The translations under genes and the position numbers were made by a program. This document shows, piece by piece, positions 48,583 to 59,283 of a stretch of 64,000 nt of DNA (the stretch's first letter is position 1; each line of letters begins with the position of its first letter). The stretch spans positions 1,568,001 through 1,632,000 of the forward strand of contig OY820579.1 in the NCBI GenBank assembly GCA_963681965.1, read 5' to 3'. This stretch comes from a bacterium. GTDB lineage: Bacteria; Electryoneota; JAOADG01. The notes under the pieces are model-generated. The model did no database searches and had not been told where the DNA came from. It saw nothing but the letters and a program-made list of their open reading frames with translations.

Positions 48583-49844
48583 GATTCGTTCCCTTGGATT
48601 GCACGTTTCATCGTCTGCATTTTCCAGTTGGTTTCTTCCCACTCATTATCAGGATTCGATTTATCGACAATTCCAACACCAGCATAAATTCTTGCCTGAT
48701 CGCCAGTAATCATTGCCGATCGAATTCCGACAGCAAATTCCGCTTCTTCATGACTAACCCATCCGACGACACCACTATAATACCCACGATCTTGTTTCTC
48801 CAGCACTGATATTTGATCAAGTGCTATCGATCGAGGATCGCCTCCGATAGCTGGTGTTGGGTGGAGCGCAGCAAGAATTTGCTCTAGTCCCGTATCGGAT
48901 CGCAAATATCCTTGAATCTGGCTGTAGAGATGTTGAACTGTGGCGAATTTCCGTATCGAAGGTTCGGGTTTCGGTGCAACATTGCTACACAACCCGCGAA
49001 ATGAACTTATCAACCAATCAACGACAACTTCGTGTTCCCAGCGGTCTTTATTCGAATGAAATAAAAGATCGGCAAATTTCCGATCTTCTTCGCCGTTGTT
49101 TCCTCGCGGTCTAGTTCCAGCGAGTGCATCGGCTGAGAGGAGATTGTTCGATACCCGACAAAGTTGTTCGGGAGATGCCCCAATAAAGCTGCCTTCTTCG
49201 GTAGGAAATTGAAATCGAAAACTGCTGGAATTCTCAGCTACCATATTCGAATAGATTTGCGAAAGATCCGAATCAGATGGAGAAGGAATCTCATCGAAAC
49301 GCGCTAACACCATTTTCCGGATTTTTCCGGCGGTGATCCATGTTTGGATAGTATTGATGCACTGACGCCAAGTGGTTTGATCCATCGGTGTTACTGCTGG
49401 AGCAGTCGTAGTCCGGGAGTGAGATATTTGAGAGATGCTTGCGATGTCGCTCAACAGCATTGCATTCGGATCATGCAGGCAAAATTGTCGTGAACCGGTT
49501 AATATCGCTTCAAATTGGTTCTGTTTGTGCAAAATAGTCCATTTCGGGAGCAGCCACCGGTTTCGATGCTTCCACGTTTCGGTTCGGAAAGGCAATGCGG
49601 CAAAACACCGCAGGTCGCTGATCGGTTCAATAGAATTTGACTGCAGAGTTCGTAAATAGGATTGCGCATCGTCCGCTGACCGAAAGCTGTTCGCTTCATC
49701 ATATCCGATCCATTCGGTATCAGAATCGCGGCCGATCCAGCGGGTGAGTTCAGCCGTTTTCGTATTCAGCAACGAATCGATTAACTTGGCATTCGGAATA
49801 AACCGAACGGTCGTGAGCGGGTGGGTTTCGGATTCGGCAAACAT
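48579..49844 (-). CDS. menF: Isochorismate synthase
   Basis: KMVLAR, GASPE.L, ALAGT, K...EH..V, LHPTPAIGG.P, RG.YSG, AVGIRS, YAGVGIV..S..EW.ET..K. Confidence 0.88.
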   Translation of the reverse strand: MFAESETHPLTTVRFIPNAKLIDSLLNTKTAELTRWIGRDSDTEWIGYDEANSFRSADDAQSYLRTLQSNSIEPISDLRCFAALPFRTETWKHRNRWLLPKWTILHKQNQFEAILTGSRQFCLHDPNAMLLSDIASISQISHSRTTTAPAVTPMDQTTWRQCINTIQTWITAGKIRKMVLARFDEIPSPSDSDLSQIYSNMVAENSSSFRFQFPTEEGSFIGASPEQLCRVSNNLLSADALAGTRPRGNNGEEDRKFADLLFHSNKDRWEHEVVVDWLISSFRGLCSNVAPKPEPSIRKFATVQHLYSQIQGYLRSDTGLEQILAALHPTPAIGGDPRSIALDQISVLEKQDRGYYSGVVGWVSHEEAEFAVGIRSAMITGDQARIYAGVGIVDKSNPDNEWEETNWKMQTMKRAIQGNES

Positions 49845-49845
49845 T

Positions 49846-49854
49846 TGCTATAAT
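49846..49854 (+). promoter_or_regulatory. Extended -10 promoter element (TGnTATAAT) probably driving menG
   Basis: TGCTATAAT exact consensus in the short menF/menG divergent gap. Confidence 0.55.
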
Positions 49855-49896
49855 TTGGATTGGAAACGAGCCAGAAACAAACGGAAAGGTCGAAAA

Positions 49897-50601
49897 GTGG
49901 CAAAAGTCGCCGAAGGCAGGGAACAGGAAGCAGTTGGACAGATGTTCGATCGGATTTCTCGCCGCTACGACCTTGCCAACCGGTTTCTTTCGATTGGAAT
50001 TGACCAGCTCTGGCGCAGAAAAACCCTCAAGAGCCTAGGGGATTGGTCGGGAAAAATCCATTTGGATGTCGCTTCCGGTACAGGAGATCTTGTACTGATG
50101 AGTGGTCGGTTGAAACATCCCCCCGCGCATCGGATAGCTTTAGATTACTCGCGGAATATGATGCTTTATGGTCAAACCCGCTATCCCGGCGAGCCGATCG
50201 AGTGGGTCCAAGCTTCTGCCGATGCACTTCCCTTACAGGATCGATCCGTCGATATCGTCACAATTGCATTTGGCATCCGGAATGTCGCCAAATATCCCGA
50301 AGCGCTACGTGAATTTCACCGGGTACTCCGTCCAGACGGAAAAGTCGCAGTGCTCGAATTCAGTATGCCGCAAAATCCGATTTGGCATGCGATTTACAGC
50401 TGGTATTTCCGAAATATTCTCCCTCGGATAGGGGGAATGCTCAGCGGTAATTTCGACGCCTATCGTTATCTGCCCGCATCGGTATCGCGGTTCCCTTACG
50501 GCGAAAGCTTTGCAAACTTGCTTACGGAAGCTGGTTTTGGCAAGGTGACTTTTGAACCGCTGACGGGTGGTATCGCTACACTCTATTTGGCTGAAAAGTA
50601 A
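49897..50601 (+). CDS. menG: Demethylmenaquinone methyltransferase (MenG/UbiE)
   Basis: MFDRISRRYDLAN..LS.G.D..WR, LDVASGTGD, AFGIRNV, LEFS, AY.YLP.S; GTG start inferred. Confidence 0.92.
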   Translation: MAKVAEGREQEAVGQMFDRISRRYDLANRFLSIGIDQLWRRKTLKSLGDWSGKIHLDVASGTGDLVLMSGRLKHPPAHRIALDYSRNMMLYGQTRYPGEPIEWVQASADALPLQDRSVDIVTIAFGIRNVAKYPEALREFHRVLRPDGKVAVLEFSMPQNPIWHAIYSWYFRNILPRIGGMLSGNFDAYRYLPASVSRFPYGESFANLLTEAGFGKVTFEPLTGGIATLYLAEK

Positions 50602-50748
50602 TTTGTACTCCTCAAACTGCCACAAAACATCGTTCCCTAGCCCGGAAAATCTCCGTATATTGTGCCATTACAAATCAATTCATATCGGCGATTCATTGCG
50701 GTCGCTTGGCGAACCGACTCCAATCGTTTAACTCAAACAGGTCTACCC

Positions 50749-51705
50749 ATGAAGAATATCCTTATTACCGGCGTTTGCGGTCAAATCGGCACCGAACTGA
50801 TCCGGAAATTGCGTATGGAAATTCCTAACGCGCTGATTCTAGCCACTGACATCAAAGATCCCCCGAAGTCAGTCCATTCGTTTGCCACATTCAAGACCTT
50901 GGATGTGACCAATCCGACCGAAATCGGGCAGATGGTGCGTGACAATCAGATCGACACGGTGTTCCATCTGGCGGCGCTACTGTCAGCGACCGGCGAACGG
51001 AATCCGGCGCTGGCATGGCAAGTCAATATGACGTCATTCTTCGAATTGCTGGAATTGTCACGGAACAATGGCGTGAAAATGGTGATCATGCCATCTTCGA
51101 TCGGTGCCTTCGGACCGACTACTCCGCGCGACATGACGCCGAATCTGACAATCATGCGCCCGACCACGATGTACGGTATCACCAAGGTCACCGGCGAATT
51201 ATTGATGGAATACTATTCCCAGAAGTTCGGATTGGATTGTCGCTCGATGCGATTCCCCGGCATTATCAGCAATGAAACCGAACCGGGTGGCGGGACGACG
51301 GACTACGCGGTTGATTTCTATTACAAAGCGGTGGAAGGAAAGCCGGCAACCTGCTTCGTGAAGGAAGATACGGTTCTGCCATTCATGTATATGCCGGATG
51401 CAATCGATGTATTGTGGCAACTGGCGAATGCGGAAGCGGCACATCTGACGACCCGGACGTACAACGTGACGGCATTCAGCGCATCGGCGAAAGAGTTCGA
51501 GAATGCGATCAAGAAAGTTGTGCTCAGCTTTGCCGTGGAATATGTTCCGGACTACCGTCAGGCAATCGCGGACAGTTGGCCGCGCTCACTCGACGACTCG
51601 CAGGCGAAGAAGGACTGGGGCTGGAACCCGAAATTCGACTTGCACAAGATGTCGGTGGATATGATCAAGCATCTCCGGTTGCGGCTGGCATCGCACCACG
51701 AATAG
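50749..51705 (+). CDS. SDR-type L-threonine 3-dehydrogenase (NAD-dependent epimerase family)
   Basis: GVCGQIGTEL, HLAALLSATGE, PSSIGAFG, YGITK, GGGTTDYA, RQAIADSWP. Confidence 0.88.
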   Translation: MKNILITGVCGQIGTELIRKLRMEIPNALILATDIKDPPKSVHSFATFKTLDVTNPTEIGQMVRDNQIDTVFHLAALLSATGERNPALAWQVNMTSFFELLELSRNNGVKMVIMPSSIGAFGPTTPRDMTPNLTIMRPTTMYGITKVTGELLMEYYSQKFGLDCRSMRFPGIISNETEPGGGTTDYAVDFYYKAVEGKPATCFVKEDTVLPFMYMPDAIDVLWQLANAEAAHLTTRTYNVTAFSASAKEFENAIKKVVLSFAVEYVPDYRQAIADSWPRSLDDSQAKKDWGWNPKFDLHKMSVDMIKHLRLRLASHHE

Positions 51706-51727
51706 ATCGGTGGGACAGGTTAGTAAG

Positions 51728-51761
51728 AATGGCGGATTCGCAAGGATCCGTCATTTTTTTT
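51728..51761 (+). terminator. Intrinsic terminator
   Basis: AATGGCGGATTC-GCAA-GGATCCGTCATT followed by T-run. Confidence 0.85.
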
Positions 51762-52173
51762 AGTGGTGGTTAGGCTATGAAGTTTTGTAATTGCATCATT
51801 GCTTCGGTCATGTTCGGGTTAGTGCTGTGCCGCAATCAAAGAGCTACTGGAGGAAATGGAATATAATGCTAGGTTCTTGATATATAATTAATAAAAAGAT
51901 TGATCTTGCAGAAGATGAAATATAATTATCTCAGTCATCATTGAATGACTGTCGGTAATGAAATACCGTAAGTATTGCGCAGATCACATCTTCTTTTTTG
52001 AATTTGTATCTTATTGTATTGCAATAGCTTTTCGAATTTTGTACCGTGTGGAGTGTTTTCATCCCGTCAAATTATCCAACTTAGAAGCTATGTTTTAAGC
52101 CATTTATACTTTTCTAGATCCACTGATTCACATAAAGATTTAGAATTTTACAATCGAACTCGCCGGAGGTTGT

Positions 52174-55100
52174 ATGAAATTTGTGCCTATTTTTCGATCC
52201 AGCTATGTGTTAATTTTCTCAATATTTCTTCCTATTTTTTCCTTTGCTACAGCCGTTCCACCCACCAGTAATTCATCCAGTGTTCGAGTAAGCATTTCCC
52301 AAACATTAGGGAATCAGCCACTCAGTTTTACTGAGAACAAAGGGCAGTGGGATGATCGGGTCTTATATCAAGGAAAAGCTGGCAATGGCATGACCTACTT
52401 TTTCGAACGGGACGGTTTTACACTGTTAACTGTTGCTCCCGATAAGACCAAACCTCCGATCCTCGATCCGCGCGAAGCCAGTTTACCCGAGGAGATGCGT
52501 AACCCGCTTGCCGCCAAACACTATCCCTTGAAGGGTCATGCTCTGAATCTGCGCTTTGTACGCGATCCGAATCAAGCGAGTCCACAAATTACTGCAACCG
52601 ACTTTTTCGAATGGAACAACAATTACTTCCTCGGTAACGACGAGAAAAAGTGGGCACCCGATTGTAAAAATGCTGGTAAACTCGAATACAAGAATGTCTG
52701 GAATGGAATCGATGTAGTTTATCGCAACAACAACCGGCAGTTGGAGTACGATATCGTCGTTCAACCCGGAGCCAACCCTGCCAGCATGAAGTTTCGCTAT
52801 GATGGTTTGTCGGGTGCAATAGAAACTGTTGATAACGGCAAAGCGATTCAACTTCCTACTTCGCTAGGCAATCTGCGTGAAGAAATTCCCGGTTGTTTCC
52901 AGATCGTGAATGGCATGAAGCGGGATGTTCGAGCAACATTCACCGTATTCTCAAACAGTGAATTCGGATTTGCATTCCCTGATGGGTACGACTCAAATTA
53001 TCCGCTCACGATCGATCCACTAGTGTATAGCACTTATTTGGGCGGAAGTAATTCCGATGAACTCGAAGATATCGCATCCGATGGATCGGGGGGAGTTTAT
53101 GTCGTTGGATTGACTCTTAGCTCCGATTTTCCGACAACTGCAGGCGCTTTAGATCCTACTTTTAATACATACAACGATGTCTTTATATCTCACTTGAACA
53201 GTACCGGTTCAGCGTTATTGTTCAGTACTTATCTCGGTGGCGTATGGAACGATTGTGGTTATGGAATTACGGTTAGTGCTGCCAACAATATTTATATTAC
53301 CGGTACGACTGAAAGCAATTTATTCCCCACAACTACCGGTGCATACGATCAAACCTATAACGGAACTGGCGATATTTTTGTGTCGAAATTAAACTCTACT
53401 GGAAATGCTTTGCTGTTTAGTACTTTTGTAGGTGGTAATAGCTCGGAAACCCCAACCGACATCTACTGTAGCCCAGCGGAAGCTATCACCGTTTCGGGGT
53501 ATTCCTCAAGTTCCAATTTCCCCATGATGAATTCCTATGACGATACCTTCAACGGCGGTGGATCGGATGGGATTCTGTTTCGTTTGATCAACAATGGCGC
53601 AACACTCATTAACAGTACGTATATCGGTGGTTCGGGCTTCGATGCCATCGATGGGATCGATAATAAAAATGAAACGACTTTTGGCGGATCCATGTTTGCG
53701 TGCGGTCGTACCACCAGTACCGATTTTCCAACGACTACCGATGGCTACGACCGAAGCTACAATGGCGGTACATCGGATGGATTTGCCTTTCAATTTAACA
53801 ACAACTATAATTTGGTCTACGGCACCTATATCGGCGGAAGCTCGCTCGATTACTGTTCAGCAATTTCTGCCGACGGTACTGGTGGGGCTTACTTGACCGG
53901 ATCGACCACTAGTAGCAACTTCCCAACTACTATGTTTTCCACTGATCGAACCTACAACGGCGATTACGATTCCTACTTGATCTCCCTTGGGATGGGGAAT
54001 GGAGTTGGATTACAATATGGCACTTATCTCGGTGGTTCGAATTTAGACATGGGTGAAGAATTATATTCCGATCATCATTATGGTGTAACTGTAGTGGGAT
54101 CAACCAGTAGTACTGATTTTCCGACAACTGAAAATGCCTATGATCGTTCTCAGAATGGCGGTTCGGATATCTTCGTCACCAGAATTGGTAATGTCTCAGG
54201 AAATTTCACGTATAGCTACAGCTCATTTCTAGGCGGAAGTGCCGACGATCAAGCCCGAGCGATCGCTTACGATGGAACTGGAGGCATTATCGTTGCCGGC
54301 AAAACGAACGGTGCTTTGTTTCCAACCTCGACGGGTGCACTCGATCCAAGTTGGAATGGAAATTACGATGGAGTTGTTGCACGCATCGATCATCTTATCC
54401 CGCCCAATGCACCGACCGCGCTGAATGCAAGTTCGATCACATCGACATCCATTAGCGGTACTTTTACCGACAATTCTACCTATGAAACCGGATTCAAAGT
54501 TTATTATAGTACTTACAATTCCGCTTATTATTTATATGGAACTATACCGGCACACCCCGGCACCGGCATTGTATCCTATTCACTGAATCTATTACCCTCA
54601 TTGCGATACGACATTCACATCTATGCGATGGATGGTGATGTGTATTCCAATTCGAGTGACTTGTACATGCTATATACTCTTCCTGCCGTTCCGGCAGCAC
54701 CGACTTTGGGAATACCGGGTAACAATTCGATACCGGTTACTGTGAACAACAATGCCACGACCCCTAACACCGATGGGGCAATTTATGCGATTCGAGTGAA
54801 TGGATCGCAATGGGTTCAAGCCGATGGTTCTTTGGGTTCCGAACAGGTTTTTAGTTGGCAGTTACCGTACCAGACTCAAGTCAATGTCATCGGGTTAACA
54901 CCATTCACTCAATATACTTTTGAAGTGGTCGCCAACAATGGATACGGTAGTACCTCTGGATTTAGTCCACCGGCTACCTGTTGGACGACGGGTATCTGGA
55001 CACCTCACACTGATATTTTTACTCCATCTACCGGTGTCCTTCCTGCTACGATTACCGACAACAGTACTGTGAATATTCCGATCTATATCAGTGATACTCG

Positions 55101-58017
55101 AGAAATCACCGATTTAGACATTCGGATCTCGGCGACTCACAATTACGTTAGCGATGTGAGTTTTGTCTTAGTTCACCCGAATGGAACGACTATTGCGACA
55201 CTGATTCAGAACCGTGGTGCAACTGGTCGTAACTTCAATTATATGGCTTTCGACGATGGTGCCGGTTCCAGTATTTCGGGAGCTACAGCGCCATTCACCG
55301 GGGTTTGGCAACCGGAATCTCCGCTATTTGTCTTCAATGGATTACCCGCCAATGGAACGTGGTTGTTACGTTGCATCGATCGCGCATCCCCCGATGCCGG
55401 AACGGTTACATCGATCGAAATGGCATTTGCGAGCAACACACCGCGTGTACCATCCAATCCGTATCCGACGATTGGACAAACGAATATTGGCGCTACTCCG
55501 ACATTAATGTGGGACTGTGAAAACGGAACTTCGTACAATGTCTACTTTGGTACGGACAATCCTCCGACGAATATTGTTTCGTTCGAACAATCTCCGAACT
55601 CATATACCATCACGACACCTTTGACGGACTTGACGACGTATTTCTGGAAGATCGTTGCTTTTAACAGTTACGGTAGCACCGAAGGACCGGTCTGGAGTTT
55701 TACGACGACACCGACACCCGACTACCGGTTATTGGTCGAAAGCACTGGTGCCACCGGCTGTCTGGGTGGTTCGGCGATGCATTTGATTGTGATTACCAAT
55801 ACCGGAACGCTACGAGATTCGATTACCGATATTTTTGCAACATCTCCGCTATACGCCTGCGTAACCGACTCGTTCAATCCGGTGTTGCTGCCGGGTGAAT
55901 CGGTGACGATTCCATTCCGGGTGGATTTGCGCACCGATGCGACAGTTGGTGATTTTGTTACAACAACTGTTTCGGTAACTACCGCAGGTCATTCAGAACC
56001 GTTTACTGGAACGGTTACTACCCAAGTAACACCGGCAAATACACTACCACTGATCGAGAATTTCAGTAGTGATCAGTTTCCACCGCAAGGATGGTCCTAT
56101 ATTAATTTGGATAATTCGATGCGTTGGGTTCGTTTCACTGGGTATCACGGAAACGATGGCGCGGCAATGATGGATTGTTATCATTACAACGTTCTTGAAA
56201 CCGGGGATGCACTGGTACCTCCTCCAGTAACGACGATGGGTATCAGTACCGCTTTTATCGAATTCGACTGGAGCTATACACCTTTGACCGGTTATTCCGA
56301 TACATTGACCCTTCTATACAGCAATTTTACGCTCAGCGAATCGATGGTTTTATGGAGTCGACCACTGGATGGACAATCGTTGGCAGCAGGAACCAACGGT
56401 AGCACTTCCTATCCGGGTGAGGATGGAACGTGGGGTCACGCATTGGTACAAGTGCCTTCTTATCTATTGAACCGACCGACTGTACAATTCCAATTCGTAG
56501 TAACCAACGGTCATGGATCGGCAGTCTTCCTCGATAATGTTAAGATCACTGAACCTTCGATGCTGGTCGAAGCCGATACGGCAAATGGTTATTTGGGCGG
56601 CTCGGCAATGCATACACTTCGTATAACGAATACGGGAACGCAACCGGATTCGATTGTGGACCTTTTCGCGACATCGCCGTTGTATGCCGTTGCTACCGAA
56701 GCTTACAATCGGGTCGTATTACCCAATCAAACTGTGACCGTCCGGTTCCGAGTCGATATCCTCGATACGGCTATTGTCGGAGATTATGTTCTGACCGAAG
56801 TTCATGTCGCTACCCGTGACCATCCGAATCCCTACATTGGTCAAGTGGTTTCGCTTGTTCAACCAGCTTTCCAATTACCATTATTCGAGGATTTCAGCTC
56901 GACGCAATTTCCTCCGGAAGGTTGGTCGTATATCAATCTTGACAACAATTTATCATGGAGTCGATACTCTGGTTATCATGGCAACAATGGTGTGGCGATG
57001 ATGGATTGTTATCATTACAATATTTCCGATCAATCCGATCATCTGGCGTTGCCGCCGATTTCCACAATCGGTGTAAGTTCGGCACAGATCGAGTTCGATT
57101 GGAGCTATTCTCCCTACAGCAGTTTTTCGGATACTTTGATTTTAACCTATCACAACATGACATTGAATGAATCGTTCGAACTTTGGGTGCGTCCGGAAGC
57201 AGGATCTTCGCTGGCTGCCGGAAGCAATGGCAGCACCTCCTATCCAGCAGAGGACGGTACTTGGGGTCACGCGGTTGTGCAAATCCCATCCTTTTTACTA
57301 AATCGTCCTACGGTACATTTCAAATTTGTCGCAGTCAACGGTAACGGATCGTCGATTTTTATCGATAACGTTAAGATATCTGCTCCGATGATTTCCGTTA
57401 CACCCGATCCGCTTGATTTCGGAACCAGTTCGATAGGGCATCTAGTGTCTCGAAACTTGACCATCTCCAATTCCGGAATCGGATCGCTGATCATCAGTCG
57501 AATCGATATTACCGGGGATGGATTTGGCGGAAGTACTGTTTCGAATGTATCGATACCATTTGGATCCTCTTTCGAATACCCGATCAACTGGACTCCGAAT
57601 TCGATCGGTGTTAGTAACGGTACCGCAGTGATCACGCACAATGGACTAAGCTCGCCGACCACTGTGAATTTGGTGGGTGTTGCAATCTCGCCACCAACTG
57701 CACCGCAGAATTTATCAGTCACGTACACTTCTGCCACGCAGACGGCATTTTTGTCGTGGACGCAATCGAGTGGATCGGTCAGTGGGTACAATGTCTATCG
57801 ATATCCGACAGGTTATTTTCTACCACCGACCGTTGGAACTCTTGTCGGGACGACGAATCCGGATTCACCGTGGTTCTACGACAATAATGTAACTGTGAAA
57901 GGATTTTATCGCGTGACGGCATTCTACACATCGTCAGGATCGAGCGAAATTCTATCGATCCCCGCGACGACAGTACGCAACCCAATCGGTGTTCGAAATC
58001 GTGAAATAATGAAGTAG
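52174..58017 (+). CDS. Large secreted multidomain protein: SBBP beta-propeller repeats, FN3, proprotein convertase P domain, duplicated 277-aa module, Ig-like and FN3-like C-terminus
   Basis: Signal peptide, FTENKGQW, IDPLVYSTYLGGS and T.S.DFPTT repeats, ITDLDIRI..HNYVSD..NGTWLL P-domain; GGAGG RBS. Confidence 0.88.
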   Translation: MKFVPIFRSSYVLIFSIFLPIFSFATAVPPTSNSSSVRVSISQTLGNQPLSFTENKGQWDDRVLYQGKAGNGMTYFFERDGFTLLTVAPDKTKPPILDPREASLPEEMRNPLAAKHYPLKGHALNLRFVRDPNQASPQITATDFFEWNNNYFLGNDEKKWAPDCKNAGKLEYKNVWNGIDVVYRNNNRQLEYDIVVQPGANPASMKFRYDGLSGAIETVDNGKAIQLPTSLGNLREEIPGCFQIVNGMKRDVRATFTVFSNSEFGFAFPDGYDSNYPLTIDPLVYSTYLGGSNSDELEDIASDGSGGVYVVGLTLSSDFPTTAGALDPTFNTYNDVFISHLNSTGSALLFSTYLGGVWNDCGYGITVSAANNIYITGTTESNLFPTTTGAYDQTYNGTGDIFVSKLNSTGNALLFSTFVGGNSSETPTDIYCSPAEAITVSGYSSSSNFPMMNSYDDTFNGGGSDGILFRLINNGATLINSTYIGGSGFDAIDGIDNKNETTFGGSMFACGRTTSTDFPTTTDGYDRSYNGGTSDGFAFQFNNNYNLVYGTYIGGSSLDYCSAISADGTGGAYLTGSTTSSNFPTTMFSTDRTYNGDYDSYLISLGMGNGVGLQYGTYLGGSNLDMGEELYSDHHYGVTVVGSTSSTDFPTTENAYDRSQNGGSDIFVTRIGNVSGNFTYSYSSFLGGSADDQARAIAYDGTGGIIVAGKTNGALFPTSTGALDPSWNGNYDGVVARIDHLIPPNAPTALNASSITSTSISGTFTDNSTYETGFKVYYSTYNSAYYLYGTIPAHPGTGIVSYSLNLLPSLRYDIHIYAMDGDVYSNSSDLYMLYTLPAVPAAPTLGIPGNNSIPVTVNNNATTPNTDGAIYAIRVNGSQWVQADGSLGSEQVFSWQLPYQTQVNVIGLTPFTQYTFEVVANNGYGSTSGFSPPATCWTTGIWTPHTDIFTPSTGVLPATITDNSTVNIPIYISDTREITDLDIRISATHNYVSDVSFVLVHPNGTTIATLIQNRGATGRNFNYMAFDDGAGSSISGATAPFTGVWQPESPLFVFNGLPANGTWLLRCIDRASPDAGTVTSIEMAFASNTPRVPSNPYPTIGQTNIGATPTLMWDCENGTSYNVYFGTDNPPTNIVSFEQSPNSYTITTPLTDLTTYFWKIVAFNSYGSTEGPVWSFTTTPTPDYRLLVESTGATGCLGGSAMHLIVITNTGTLRDSITDIFATSPLYACVTDSFNPVLLPGESVTIPFRVDLRTDATVGDFVTTTVSVTTAGHSEPFTGTVTTQVTPANTLPLIENFSSDQFPPQGWSYINLDNSMRWVRFTGYHGNDGAAMMDCYHYNVLETGDALVPPPVTTMGISTAFIEFDWSYTPLTGYSDTLTLLYSNFTLSESMVLWSRPLDGQSLAAGTNGSTSYPGEDGTWGHALVQVPSYLLNRPTVQFQFVVTNGHGSAVFLDNVKITEPSMLVEADTANGYLGGSAMHTLRITNTGTQPDSIVDLFATSPLYAVATEAYNRVVLPNQTVTVRFRVDILDTAIVGDYVLTEVHVATRDHPNPYIGQVVSLVQPAFQLPLFEDFSSTQFPPEGWSYINLDNNLSWSRYSGYHGNNGVAMMDCYHYNISDQSDHLALPPISTIGVSSAQIEFDWSYSPYSSFSDTLILTYHNMTLNESFELWVRPEAGSSLAAGSNGSTSYPAEDGTWGHAVVQIPSFLLNRPTVHFKFVAVNGNGSSIFIDNVKISAPMISVTPDPLDFGTSSIGHLVSRNLTISNSGIGSLIISRIDITGDGFGGSTVSNVSIPFGSSFEYPINWTPNSIGVSNGTAVITHNGLSSPTTVNLVGVAISPPTAPQNLSVTYTSATQTAFLSWTQSSGSVSGYNVYRYPTGYFLPPTVGTLVGTTNPDSPWFYDNNVTVKGFYRVTAFYTSSGSSEILSIPATTVRNPIGVRNREIMK

Positions 58018-58037
58018 TCAACATCATTTAAGTAAGG

Positions 58038-58074
58038 AAAAATCCCCTGCACCATCGATGCAGGGGATTTTCTT
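58038..58074. terminator. Bidirectional terminator between convergent genes
   Basis: AAAATCCCCTGCA-loop-TGCAGGGGATTTT. Confidence 0.85.
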
Positions 58075-59134
58075 ATTTCATTAATTGAGAATTGCGGAGA
58101 GTGTCCAGAATTTTCTGCAACCCATCGGGTAACGGAGCAATAAGATTTAGCGGAGCATGGGTTTCGGGGTGGGGGACGGTCAGTTCGTGGGCATGAAGGA
58201 ACTGTCCAGCACAATGCGCGAGTCCGATCGCGGCAAGGTTACGCTGCGCGGCGGAGAGCCGTCCCAATTGACGGTTGCGACCGCCGTAGAGTGGATCGCC
58301 GAAGACCGGATGTCCGAGATGCGCCAGATGGACGCGGATCTGATGCGTGCGTCCAGTTTCGGGAAAACATTTGATCAAGGTCCATAATCCAAACCGCTCG
58401 ACGACTTCCCAGCGTGTGATGGCGGCTTTTCCATCGGGTACGATCGCGAACATCGCACGTTCGTACGGGTGTCGTCCGATGGGAGCGTCGATTCGTCCGG
58501 TAGGTTTGTTGAGATCGCCCCAGACGAGTGCGAGATAGGTCTTGTGAACAGTGCGGTCTTTGAATGCTTGTGCCAATTTCTGTTGACTGTGGAGGGTCTT
58601 GGCAGCGAGCAGAATACCGCTGGTGTCTTTGTCCAAGCGATGAATAATACCGGGGCGGAGCCCTTCAGTGTCGCCCCCTTCGAGTCCGGGCGAGAGGTCC
58701 TCGCCGGTCTGTGCGACATGCCAGAGCAGCGCATTGACAATCGTGCCGCTTCGGAACGACTGTGCCGGGTGCACGACGATGCCCGCCGGTTTGTTGATCG
58801 CGATGATCACATCGTCTTCGAACAAGATATCGAGTGGGATATTTTCCGGGATCAACTCGGGTGCGGGAGGGAGAAACGGTACATAGAAGATTTGATCGCC
58901 CGGTCGCACCTGATACGAGGCGCGTGCCGGCTGATTGTTGACGATGACATTGGCAAGATCAATCCACGCCTTGACGCGAGAGCGGCTCATGCCGGTACGC
59001 ATCGCGAGATAGATGTCCAAGCGCGTTGGCATCTGACCCGGATCGACGGTGATCGAGTGCGACAATTCGCCGGTGGATGCATCCGCCAGTTTCTTCGCCG
59101 ATGGGTTTTGATGAATGTATTTTTTCTGAGTCAA
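58073..59134 (-). CDS. rluD: RluA-family 23S rRNA pseudouridine synthase (RluD-like)
   Basis: S4 domain RLD.YL..SRSR, NKPAGIVVHP, GIIHRLDKDTSG, ETGRTHQIRVH, GDPLYG, LHA. Confidence 0.9.
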   Translation of the reverse strand: MTQKKYIHQNPSAKKLADASTGELSHSITVDPGQMPTRLDIYLAMRTGMSRSRVKAWIDLANVIVNNQPARASYQVRPGDQIFYVPFLPPAPELIPENIPLDILFEDDVIIAINKPAGIVVHPAQSFRSGTIVNALLWHVAQTGEDLSPGLEGGDTEGLRPGIIHRLDKDTSGILLAAKTLHSQQKLAQAFKDRTVHKTYLALVWGDLNKPTGRIDAPIGRHPYERAMFAIVPDGKAAITRWEVVERFGLWTLIKCFPETGRTHQIRVHLAHLGHPVFGDPLYGGRNRQLGRLSAAQRNLAAIGLAHCAGQFLHAHELTVPHPETHAPLNLIAPLPDGLQKILDTLRNSQLMK

Positions 59135-59283
59135 GTGTCTTCCATGAGATTTCGTGATAGTAATGTAGTGAATCCGGTGGGGAAGAGCGAGTTGGTGCCT
59201 GGGAAAGGATGGGTGTTGGGGAGTAGGAGGTAGGGAATGGGAAAAGAAGAAATGATACGTGAATGGGTGGACACAAGAGGATT

